Shown one piece after another: positions 1-7,771 of a stretch of 64,000 nt of DNA. Source of the DNA: Myxococcota bacterium. GTDB lineage: Bacteria > Myxococcota_A > UBA9160 > JAFDDA01. The DNA lies in NCBI GenBank assembly GCA_965228475.1, contig OZ245817.1, positions 3,412,209 through 3,476,208 of the forward strand. Direction: 5' to 3'. The position numbers and the translations under genes are program-made. Within the stretch, counting starts at the first letter, position 1. Every line of letters begins with the position of its first letter. The notes beneath the pieces are model-generated. The model made no database searches, was not told the origin of the DNA, and was given only the letters and a program-made list of their open reading frames with translations.

Positions 1-456
1 GAGCCACTTCTCCTGGGTCGCGAAGCCGCTCACCACGACCGGGCGCGAGTACACGACGTCCGCCAGGTACGCGCCGAGCAGCACGACGCGCCGGACGCCG
101 AGCTCCTGGGCGTATCCCTCGACGAGGCTGCAGAACTCCCGCCAGCGCAGGTGCGGCTCGGGCCCGACGCCGACGACGATGTCGTGCCCCTCCCGGAGGC
201 TCCCGAAGTGGAACTCCACCGCGGGCCAGTCGATCTCGCGCACCCCGCCCTCTTCGATGCGCACGCGCGGCCGTTGCACCGTGAGGTCGAGGAAGGCGTC
301 GCCTTCGATCCGCGCCAGCGGGGCCAGGCCGAGCTGCTCCGCCACGTAGCGGAGCGCCAGGCTCGCCGCCTCCCCGGCGTCGTTCCAGCCCTCGAAGGCG
401 AGCACGAGCGTCGGGTCGGAGAGCGTCGGCTCGACGCGGCGTACGAGTTCGGTCAC
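1..456 (-). CDS. PAC2 family protein (N-terminal part; gene continues beyond the left edge)
   Basis: Read by hand on the reverse strand from GTG at 456: VTELVRRVEPTLSDPTLVLAFEGWNDAGEAASLALRYVAEQLG... The LVxAFEGWNDAG opening is what I remember for bacterial PAC2 (proteasome-assembly-chaperone-like) proteins. It is absent from the ORF track because it is open at the window edge. GTGA start/stop overlap with the upstream gene (453-456). Confidence 0.55.
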   Translation of the reverse strand, partial: MTELVRRVEPTLSDPTLVLAFEGWNDAGEAASLALRYVAEQLGLAPLARIEGDAFLDLTVQRPRVRIEEGGVREIDWPAVEFHFGSLREGHDIVVGVGPEPHLRWREFCSLVEGYAQELGVRRVVLLGAYLADVVYSRPVVVSGFATQEKWL

Positions 457-1241
457 TTCTTGCGCCCCGCGGCCACGCGGCGCACGGCGTAGTTCCCCCG
501 CTCCTCGTCGAAGTCGAGCTCGAGCAGGCCCTGGTCCTCCGCATCCTCGAGCAGGTCCGAGAAGGAGGAGTAGCCGTGATAGCGCTCGTTGAAGCCCGGG
601 TGCAGACGGCGGATCGCCTGCTTGATCATCGAGCCCCAGACGACGTCGTAGTCGATCGCCATGGACTCGACGACCTCGCACAGGATCTCGAGCGCCTCGC
701 CCTTCTTCACGTCGGCGGGCTTGGTGCCCTTCTTCTTCGAGGCGGTCGCGCGCTTCTGCTGACCGGCGTCGCGGACGAGGTCGTCGTAGTAGATGAACTC
801 GTCGCACGCGGCGACGAGCAGGTTGCTCGTGGACTGCTTCACGCCGCAGCCGATCACGCGCTTGTCGTTTTCCTTCAGCTTCGAGACCAGCGGCGAGAAA
901 TCGCTGTCCCCGGAAACGAGGCCGAAGATGTCGATGTGGGACTTCGCCGCGCACAGATCCATCGCGTCGACCACCATGTGGATGTCCGCACTGTTCTTCC
1001 CGCTCATCTTGCTCTGCGGGATGTCGACCATCTCGACGCCGTTCTGGTGCAGCTCGAGCGCCGACGAGCGGAAGCGGCTCCAATCGCAGTAGGCGCGCTT
1101 GTAGACGATGCGGCCCTTCTCGAGCAGGCGCTTCAAGACCAGGTCGATCTTGAAGGCGGTGCCCTTCTTTCCGCCGGCGGGAATTCCGAGCGCGAGGTTT
1201 TCGAAGTCCACGAAGACGGCGATGCGAGGTTCGGTCGACAT
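453..1241 (-). CDS. NYN (LabA/DUF88-like) domain protein with C-terminal OST-HTH/LOTUS domain
   Basis: 262-aa ORF. N-terminal IAVFVDFENL...YCDW...ADIHMVVDAMD...GDSDFSPLVSKLKE is typical of NYN/LabA nuclease-fold proteins. The C-terminal part (WGSMIKQAIRRLHPGFNERYHGYSSFSDLLEDAE) is OST-HTH-like. Confidence 0.8.
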   Translation of the reverse strand: MSTEPRIAVFVDFENLALGIPAGGKKGTAFKIDLVLKRLLEKGRIVYKRAYCDWSRFRSSALELHQNGVEMVDIPQSKMSGKNSADIHMVVDAMDLCAAKSHIDIFGLVSGDSDFSPLVSKLKENDKRVIGCGVKQSTSNLLVAACDEFIYYDDLVRDAGQQKRATASKKKGTKPADVKKGEALEILCEVVESMAIDYDVVWGSMIKQAIRRLHPGFNERYHGYSSFSDLLEDAEDQGLLELDFDEERGNYAVRRVAAGRKK

Positions 1242-1304
1242 GGAGCAGAGTGTGGCACGTCGGGGAAGGGAGCGACAGACGGTGGCTCGCCCCGGTGCGC
1301 CTCC

Positions 1305-2000
1305 CTAGCGCACGAAACGGTAGCCGTGGCCGCGCACGGAGACGATGTGCTTCGGGCGGGAGGGGTCGCGCTCGAGATAGCGGCGCAGGCGCACGATGAA
1401 GCTGTCGACGACGCGCGTCCGCGTGTCGGGCCGGAGGCCCCAGACCTCCTCGAGCAGATCGCCGCGCGGCACCGCCTCGCCCTCGCGCTCCACGAGGACG
1501 CGCAGGAGCGCCGCCTCCTTGGTCGTCAGCTGGATCCGTTCGTCCCCGGCCTCGATCTCGAATCGGTCGAAGTGGATCTTGGCCGTGCCCACGTCGATGC
1601 TCGGAAGCGCGCCGTCGCGCTGGGCCCCGTCCCAGCGCCGGCGGCGCAGGACGCTGCGCACGCGCGCGAGGAGCTCCTCCAGGCGGAACGGCTTGAAGAG
1701 GTAGTCGTCGGCGCCGTCTTCGATGCCGCGCACGACGTCCTCGGGGTCGTCCTTCGCCGTCAGGATCAGCACGGGAGTGAAGTTCCCCGCGGCACGCATC
1801 CGCTTCACGACCTCGAAGCCCGAGAGCTCCGGCAACATGAGATCGAGCACCACGAGGTCGTAGGCAGCCTCCTGGCTCACGCGCTCGATCGCGGAGCGCC
1901 CGTCGCCGACGACGTCCGTCTCGTAGCCATCGGCTTCGAGGTTGAACTTCAGACCTTCCGCGATGTGACTTTCGTCTTCGACGACGAGGATCTTCGCCAC
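1305..2000 (-). CDS. OmpR/PhoB-family response regulator
   Basis: This is the C-terminal 231 aa of track ORF 1305..4238, from GTG at 2000: VAKILVVEDE...DLVVLDLMLPELSGFEV...ILTAKD (receiver domain) plus LTTKEAALLRVL...RGHGYRF (winged helix). The rest of the 977-aa track ORF is Arg/Pro-rich read-through. Confidence 0.9.
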   Translation of the reverse strand: MAKILVVEDESHIAEGLKFNLEADGYETDVVGDGRSAIERVSQEAAYDLVVLDLMLPELSGFEVVKRMRAAGNFTPVLILTAKDDPEDVVRGIEDGADDYLFKPFRLEELLARVRSVLRRRRWDGAQRDGALPSIDVGTAKIHFDRFEIEAGDERIQLTTKEAALLRVLVEREGEAVPRGDLLEEVWGLRPDTRTRVVDSFIVRLRRYLERDPSRPKHIVSVRGHGYRFVR

Positions 2001-2008
2001 CCGGTCTC

Positions 2009-2929
2009 CTAGGCCGCCGCGCGTAGCGTGACGACGAAACGGCTCCCCCGGCCCGCGCCCTCGCTCTGGGCCTCGACGCGACCGCCGTGACGGCGCACGA
2101 GGTCGCGCACGATGAACAGGCCGAGGCCGAGGCCCGACGCCGTGCGCTGCACGTCGCGGCCGGCCCGGTAGAAGCGCTGGAAGATCTTGCGGAGCTCGCG
2201 CTGCGGGATGCCGATGCCCTGATCCGCGATCTGCACGCGCACCCGGCGCTCCCCGGCCTCGCTGATGCCGACCCGGACGTCGACGGGCGGGTCCGAATAC
2301 TTGACGGCGTTCTCGAGCAGGTTCCGGAAGACGAGGCCGAGCTCGCCCTCGTCGCCGCGCACGAGGGGGTCTTCGTCGGCGTCGAGCCGGATCGATTCCG
2401 GGTCGAGCCCGTGGCTCTCCCGGATCTGATCGATGCACTCGGCGAGCAGCTCGCGCAGGGCGACCCGCCCCTTGTTCGGCGGCGGGGCCGCTTCCTCCGC
2501 GCGGGCCGCGGCAAGCACGTGGGCCACCGTGCGATCGAGGCGCTCGACGTCCTCGTCCATCATCCCGAGGAAGGACGCGCGACGCTCGGCGTCCGGGTCG
2601 CGGCGGCGCAGGGTGTCGACGGCGAGCCGGAGCGAAGCGATCGGCGTCTTCATCTCGTGGGTCACGGCGTCGAGGAAGGCCTGCTGCCGCTGGTTGTGCC
2701 GCATCTCGCGGATCAACCAGGCGCACAGCAGGACGAGGCCGAGGATCACGAGCCCGAAGAAGATCGAGCCGAGGATCAGGAACCACCAGTTCGCCGGCGT
2801 GAAGCCGCGCGCGACGGAACCGAAATCCGAAACGACGAGGATCTGCCAGCCGACGGCGAGCGCGACGGCGAGCACCGTCGCCACCACGCCGATGGCGAGG
2901 CGAAACACCATCGAACGCCGGCTCCACAT
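2009..2929 (-). CDS. Small membrane histidine kinase (two TM segments, no obvious sensor domain)
   Basis: Internal ATG at 2929 (MWSRRSMVFRLAIGVVATVLAVALAV...). H-box FLDAVTHEMKTPIASL, N-box FRNLLENAVKYS, G-boxes DQGIGIP and GLGLGLFIV. It ends 8 nt before the response-regulator start. Confidence 0.85.
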   Translation of the reverse strand: MWSRRSMVFRLAIGVVATVLAVALAVGWQILVVSDFGSVARGFTPANWWFLILGSIFFGLVILGLVLLCAWLIREMRHNQRQQAFLDAVTHEMKTPIASLRLAVDTLRRRDPDAERRASFLGMMDEDVERLDRTVAHVLAAARAEEAAPPPNKGRVALRELLAECIDQIRESHGLDPESIRLDADEDPLVRGDEGELGLVFRNLLENAVKYSDPPVDVRVGISEAGERRVRVQIADQGIGIPQRELRKIFQRFYRAGRDVQRTASGLGLGLFIVRDLVRRHGGRVEAQSEGAGRGSRFVVTLRAAA

Positions 2930-2969
2930 GCCGGGAGGGTACGATAGAATCGGCGCTCGGGAGAAACCT

Positions 2970-4445
2970 TTGCCCCAGCCGCCGCGCCTCCGCGCCCTTG
3001 CCGCCGCCCCCTTCCTGGCGATCCTCTGCGCCTCCTCCTTCGCCGCGCTTCCCGCCGCGGCCGAGCCTCCGCCCGAAGGCCGCTGCCCCTCGATCGCGCC
3101 GGCCGGCGCCGGCGGAGCGACCACGGATGCCATCGCCATCCCGATGCGCGAGGGCATGACCCTCACGCTCAAGGACATCTACTCCCTGCACCACCTCCTG
3201 CCGCGCGAGGTCTGGCGCAACCGCAAGATCTTCTTCCACGAGGGCATGAAGCTCGAGGTGGGGCCCTGCCACCGCCGCTACTCGCTCCCGGTCTGGTACC
3301 ACGACGCCACCGAGCGTCACGCCGACGCCGTCTCCCTCGACGACGACGGCAACCTCACGGGCTACCGCGCCGGCGTGCCCTTCCCTCCCGAGAAGATCCA
3401 CCCCGAGGATCCGGCCGCCGGCGCGCGCTGGGCCTGGAACCACGTCTACCGCTGGCAGGGCGCCGGCCCGCGCGGGCGTTTCCGTCTGACCGACATGCCG
3501 AGCCGCATCGGCAGCGTCGAGGTCTACGAGGGGAGCTTCTTCCAGGTCCAGACGGCCCACCGCGCGGACCTCGGCGCGACGAACTACGAGGCCCCGGAGG
3601 CCGAGGGCTACGCCTTCGTCTCCGGCGGCCGCTTCGAGAAGCCCTTCGACGCCCGGCACCTGGCCTGGCGCCAGATGCGCCCCCTCGATTTCGAGCAGCG
3701 CTTCAAGGAGCCGGACACCACCTTCGTCTACGTCCCCTCCATGCGGAAGTCGCGCCGGGGCGCGACGGCCTGGGTCGACGGCCTCTACCTGCCGACCTAC
3801 CGCGTCGGCCACATCCAGGCCGGCGGCGGCGTCCCCTTCGGCTCGACGGAGTTCGGCCCGGCGGGCGCGATCAACCCGACGGCGGGCATCTCCGCAGCCT
3901 CGAGCGAGCACATCCGCCGCGGCTTCGTCGGCGTGGCCCTGCGCGCGAACGCCTACAAGTGGCACCTGGTGACGAAGCGCGAGGTCCTCGCACCGATCAA
4001 CACGGTGAACCCCGTGTACCCCGAGAGCGAAGAGCGCAACTTCGGCGAATCCGGCCTCTCCCTCGGCAGCGACCGCTGGGACGTCCGCTACGCCGTGGTG
4101 ATCGAAGGCGTCTCCCGCACCGGCAGCAACCCCGTCGGCCGGCTGACCCTCTGGATCGACCATCAGACCGGGCAGCTCCTCTACTACATCTCGCGCAAGA
4201 AGAACCGGCGCATCATCGACATCGGCGTCCTGGCCCACCGCTACAGCGGGGACATCGTCGAGTACCCGGAGTGGCCGGGTGGCGGTCAGGCGCGCGTGTT
4301 CGACCCGGTGGCCGCGTCCTTCTACGGAGAGATCGAGGGCGGCACCGGCTGGCGCCGCGAATCCTGGGACATCCTCTCCATCCCGCCCGACGCCGCCGAG
4401 ATGAAGAAGATCCTCTCGACGAGCGACCTGCTGAAGGGGCGCTAG
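2970..4445 (+). CDS. DUF1329 domain protein (LolA-like / outer-membrane lipoprotein-sorting fold), secreted
   Basis: Part of track ORF 2433..4445. Signal peptide RLRALAAAPFLAILCASSFAALPAAA|EPP. Blocks YRAGVPFPPEKI, WAWNHVYRWQG, VYVPSMRKSRRG, YKWHLVTKREVLAPIN and DRWDVRYAVVIEG...LWIDHQTGQLLY fit my memory of Pfam PF07044. The chosen start is TTG 2970 (GGGAGA RBS 5 nt upstream). The alternative ATG 2928 would overlap the divergent kinase start. Confidence 0.7.
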   Translation: MPQPPRLRALAAAPFLAILCASSFAALPAAAEPPPEGRCPSIAPAGAGGATTDAIAIPMREGMTLTLKDIYSLHHLLPREVWRNRKIFFHEGMKLEVGPCHRRYSLPVWYHDATERHADAVSLDDDGNLTGYRAGVPFPPEKIHPEDPAAGARWAWNHVYRWQGAGPRGRFRLTDMPSRIGSVEVYEGSFFQVQTAHRADLGATNYEAPEAEGYAFVSGGRFEKPFDARHLAWRQMRPLDFEQRFKEPDTTFVYVPSMRKSRRGATAWVDGLYLPTYRVGHIQAGGGVPFGSTEFGPAGAINPTAGISAASSEHIRRGFVGVALRANAYKWHLVTKREVLAPINTVNPVYPESEERNFGESGLSLGSDRWDVRYAVVIEGVSRTGSNPVGRLTLWIDHQTGQLLYYISRKKNRRIIDIGVLAHRYSGDIVEYPEWPGGGQARVFDPVAASFYGEIEGGTGWRRESWDILSIPPDAAEMKKILSTSDLLKGR

Positions 4446-4457
4446 GCCGAGCGCCCG

Positions 4458-7400
4458 CTAGAACGTGTACCGGAAGGTCACGAACAGCTCCTCGCGATCG
4501 GAAACCGGCGTCAGGCCGTTGAAGCGCGTCCGTGTTTCATAGTCGTTGCCCGCGGTGGACGAGAGTGCAAGGGGCACCCGTGCCTGCCTCGCCGAGCGCG
4601 GCTCGCCTCGGAAGGTCGTCAGGCCCGTCGAGACCGAGAAGTTCTCCGTCATGCGGTAGGTGTAGTTCACGATCAGCCCGCTCGAGTTCGACTCGATCTC
4701 GTGGATCAGGGTGAAGCTCGAGATCAGTCGATCCTGCCAGAACCCCGTGAAGGCGGTCAGCGTCATCAGGGCCGAGAAGGGGCCGTCCGGGGTGAGCGCC
4801 TTGTCCGTGTAGCCATCGATCCAGCGCACGAAGAACTGGGCGTTGAAGAAGATCGTCCGGTTGGCATTGAGGAAGTTGATGAAGGTCGGGCGGTCGACGG
4901 ACACGGTGAGGTTCAGCGTGTCGTTGCGCGACCAGCCGTCTTTTTCATGGGTGTTCGAGTAGGGCTCGTCCTCGAACCAGACGAACTCGATGCCCCAGTT
5001 GGTCTTGGTGCGGTCCTCCGCGAAGTCCATCGAGAAGCCGAGTACGTTGCGGCGCTTGTAGAGGAGCCTCGCCTCTCCTCCCCCGTGCCACAGGAAGTCG
5101 CGCCGGCCGAAGCGGCCGTTGCCACCCGCCGAGATGTCCGGGCGTCGTGCCCCGGCCACCGAAAAGAGCGCGGTGATCAGCGTGCAGCTCAGGAGACCCT
5201 GTTCACTGACTGCGCTGCAGTTTTCGTTGTCCGGCAGGAGCCCGGAAAGCGTCGAGAGCAGGATCATGAGGTTGTAGGAGGTCGTCTGGACTTCGCTCTG
5301 GAAGAACTGGCCGGTGCGCGGGTCGATCTGGTTCGCGGCGCCGTTGCACTGGGCGCCGAGGCCCGGGCTCTGCTGGTTGAGCGCAGCCGCGACGGCAGGA
5401 AGGTTCACGCTCAGATCGGTCACGCAGCCGTCGATGAGGGGGTTGTAGCGGAAGCCAACGGGGTCGGTGAAGAAGGAGAACGGGCTTCGCGCCCCGGGCA
5501 ACTGCACCTGCCCGACCCCTGCGATGAAGCGAGTACCGATCGGGCCGTCGAACTGCGGGAAGGCCGAGAGGATGACCGAAGCCTCGGCGGAGTAGAGGTC
5601 GACCCCACCGAACTCGAGAACGCCGTCGCCGTCGAGGTCGTAGCCCGCTCCGCAGATGTCCGTCCCGGCGGGCGCGTTCGGGTGGAAGAACCGGCCCGTG
5701 CCGAACAGGGCTTCCTGCTGATCCGTGAGGAGGCTCCCGCACGTATCCGCGAACCCGAGATCGGCGCCATCGCTCAAGGGATTCTGATGGAGGGCGACGG
5801 CGGGCACGAAGGTCGCGCCGAGCTGCGCCGCGAGCAGTCCTCCGATGCCTGTCCAGGCCACGTCGCCACCGAGCGCGAGCCCGAGCACCGAGCGGATGGC
5901 GATGTTCACGGGCACGGTGAGCGAATCGACCGTGTTGAACAGGTCGAGCGCGCAGTCGCTCTGGAGGACCGGGGCACCTCCGCCGGCCAGCGTCACGCCC
6001 GCGTTGGCCGCGAGCCCGCTGCTGGCGGAGCACAGTACGTCGAAGAATTGCCGATTGCCCGAGGTATGAGTGCCTGCGTTGGCCGGCGACAGGCAGGTCT
6101 CCTCGAACCCGGTGATGCAGGTCCCGAGCCCCGTCGCGCCGGCGATGCGCGGGCGCCCGGTGACCGGATCCGCGTTCCGGTCGTATTCGTTGAAGATGTC
6201 GATGACCGGGACGTCCGGGAAGCCGTAGAAGTTCGTGATGGCGAAGCTGAAGCGGCCGTAGCGGAACTCGAGCCGCAGGCCGGCCTCGAGGCCGCGCGTG
6301 CTGTTCCACGGGTCCTGGGGCCGCTCCTCGCCCGCGAGCCCGACGCCGGTCAGGCCGTGGCCGTAGGCTCCGAACTTCTTCAGGCACACCAGCCAGACCG
6401 TGTAGGGCTCGCCGCAGATGCCGAGGTCCGTCGGCTCGAAGTGGTCGAGGTTCGTTGCCAACTCGAGGCGCACGTCCTCGAAGGGGCCGACGTTCCAGAA
6501 GGACCAGATCGCGCGCAGGGACCACAGCGCAATCCGCGAAGACTCGAGACTCGAGAGGGTCGCCAGGGCGATGTCCTGGGGGTTGAACTGGTCCTGGGCC
6601 CGGAAGAGCTCCGTCTTGCCCCAGACCGTCGTCTGGCGCCCGACGCGCAGGAAGAGCTGGCCGTCGAGGAACTCGATGTCGAGGTAGGCCTCGCGAAGCT
6701 CCTTGACCTGCTGCTGGCTCGCACCCCGGTTCCACTGGAGTTCGTTCTCGCTGAAGTTCACGTCGAGATCGTCGAGGTCGTCGATGATCTCGCGGAGGCG
6801 AGGCGAAGGCGAGAACAGCGAGCCCTGGGCCGGTCGCAGCGGGAGGGGGATCGGGATCGTGGCCGGGCCGGCGAGCGTCGTCACCGCGGTCGGCACGTTT
6901 CGCAGCGCCCCGTTGGCCTTCACGTCCTCGGGTGTCCACGGCCCCAACGGAGCGGTGAGCGGCCCCACGGACCCCTGGATGTGTTTGACGGCGAACTTGA
7001 AGTCCGAGACCGGTCCGAGGGTACGCGCCAGAGCCAGCTCGGTCGCGGCACCGCCGATGCCGAGAATCGTGTCGAGCGGCGGGATCTCCGCGACCCCGAC
7101 CAACCGCGCCCCCGACCCGTGCACCCGTCGCGATGGGCTCGACGGGTTGCGGAACCGTCCGGTGAAACCGCTCGACCGGCCGTTCGTGAACTGGGACGGC
7201 GCCCGGTTCGCCTCGTTGCCCCAGAGGCGCTGTCCGGTGGCGATGTGGCACATGGACTGCCAGACGCAGTCGTAGCGCCCCTCGACGCGGATGAAGCCCT
7301 GGAGGAGCGAGATCGGGCCCCAGCCGTCGGGCAGGAGGTCGAACTCCGCCTCGAGGCTCAGCGTGTGGGCCCATTGGTGCGGGTTGAAGTTGGTGAGCTC

Positions 7401-7595
7401 GAAGCTGTCCGCGATGCCGCGGAACTCCATCTGGTAGGCGCCGTGCAGCTCGACGAAGCCGTTACCGAACTCGATCGCGCGGCCGGGAGAGGAAACCAGG
7501 ATCGCTGCCGCCATGGACAGCGTGAGCGAAATCAGAAAGCCGGGCTTGCGACTCTTCTTCGACGTCGAGCGCACCACACCATCCGGACGGGTCAT
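4458..7595 (-). CDS. Giant DUF1302-like outer-membrane beta-barrel protein, paralog A (1045 aa)
   Basis: ATG 7595 is preceded by GAGGAGGAGGG. Signal peptide ...LSMAAAILVSSPGRA|IEF. Core block NRGASQQQVKELREAYLDIEFLDGQLFLRVGRQTTVWGKTELFRAQDQFNPQD. C-terminus ELFVTFRYTF, the terminal-Phe OMP signature. Collinear with the next two genes. Confidence 0.8.
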   Translation of the reverse strand: MTRPDGVVRSTSKKSRKPGFLISLTLSMAAAILVSSPGRAIEFGNGFVELHGAYQMEFRGIADSFELTNFNPHQWAHTLSLEAEFDLLPDGWGPISLLQGFIRVEGRYDCVWQSMCHIATGQRLWGNEANRAPSQFTNGRSSGFTGRFRNPSSPSRRVHGSGARLVGVAEIPPLDTILGIGGAATELALARTLGPVSDFKFAVKHIQGSVGPLTAPLGPWTPEDVKANGALRNVPTAVTTLAGPATIPIPLPLRPAQGSLFSPSPRLREIIDDLDDLDVNFSENELQWNRGASQQQVKELREAYLDIEFLDGQLFLRVGRQTTVWGKTELFRAQDQFNPQDIALATLSSLESSRIALWSLRAIWSFWNVGPFEDVRLELATNLDHFEPTDLGICGEPYTVWLVCLKKFGAYGHGLTGVGLAGEERPQDPWNSTRGLEAGLRLEFRYGRFSFAITNFYGFPDVPVIDIFNEYDRNADPVTGRPRIAGATGLGTCITGFEETCLSPANAGTHTSGNRQFFDVLCSASSGLAANAGVTLAGGGAPVLQSDCALDLFNTVDSLTVPVNIAIRSVLGLALGGDVAWTGIGGLLAAQLGATFVPAVALHQNPLSDGADLGFADTCGSLLTDQQEALFGTGRFFHPNAPAGTDICGAGYDLDGDGVLEFGGVDLYSAEASVILSAFPQFDGPIGTRFIAGVGQVQLPGARSPFSFFTDPVGFRYNPLIDGCVTDLSVNLPAVAAALNQQSPGLGAQCNGAANQIDPRTGQFFQSEVQTTSYNLMILLSTLSGLLPDNENCSAVSEQGLLSCTLITALFSVAGARRPDISAGGNGRFGRRDFLWHGGGEARLLYKRRNVLGFSMDFAEDRTKTNWGIEFVWFEDEPYSNTHEKDGWSRNDTLNLTVSVDRPTFINFLNANRTIFFNAQFFVRWIDGYTDKALTPDGPFSALMTLTAFTGFWQDRLISSFTLIHEIESNSSGLIVNYTYRMTENFSVSTGLTTFRGEPRSARQARVPLALSSTAGNDYETRTRFNGLTPVSDREELFVTFRYTF

Positions 7596-7692
7596 TTCAC
7601 CCTCCTCCTGCTCGACCCCTCGCATGTGCTGCGGAATCCGGCCCGAACCGCCGGCAGCCACCGCACCTTCCCCCAGCGATCGGGCTCCGCGC

Positions 7693-7722
7693 ATTATGAA
7701 CCGCGAAAGCGGAGGGCCTCAA
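7693..7722 (-). promoter_or_regulatory. Candidate sigma70-type promoter for paralog A
   Basis: On the reverse strand: TTGAGG (7722-7717), an 18-nt spacer, then CATAAT (7698-7693). It lies about 100 nt upstream of ATG 7595. Pattern match only. Confidence 0.3.
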
Positions 7723-7745
7723 GGATTTTCGCCCTCGAGGCCCTC
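7712..7745 (-). other. Perfect 9-bp GC-rich hairpin between paralogs B and A
   Basis: GAGGGCCTC (7712-7720) and GAGGCCCTC (7737-7745) are exact reverse complements with a 16-nt loop. It begins 27 nt downstream of the paralog B stop. There is no clear U-tract, so it is not called a terminator. Confidence 0.4.
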
Positions 7746-7771
7746 GGAAGAATCGCGCACGCTCCTCGGAG

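Noticed and set aside
151-492. 113-aa plus-strand ORF at the left edge
   Set aside because: It is antisense to the PAC2-family reading frame, whose translation carries a recognisable family opening. The plus-strand product is Arg/Pro/Ala-rich with no features.
1305-4238. 977-aa minus-strand ORF spanning the regulator, the kinase and the DUF1329 region
   Set aside because: Only the last 231 aa (from GTG 2000) form a coherent OmpR-type regulator. The upstream 740 aa are Arg/Pro/Gly-rich and run antisense to, or out of frame with, the kinase and DUF1329 genes.
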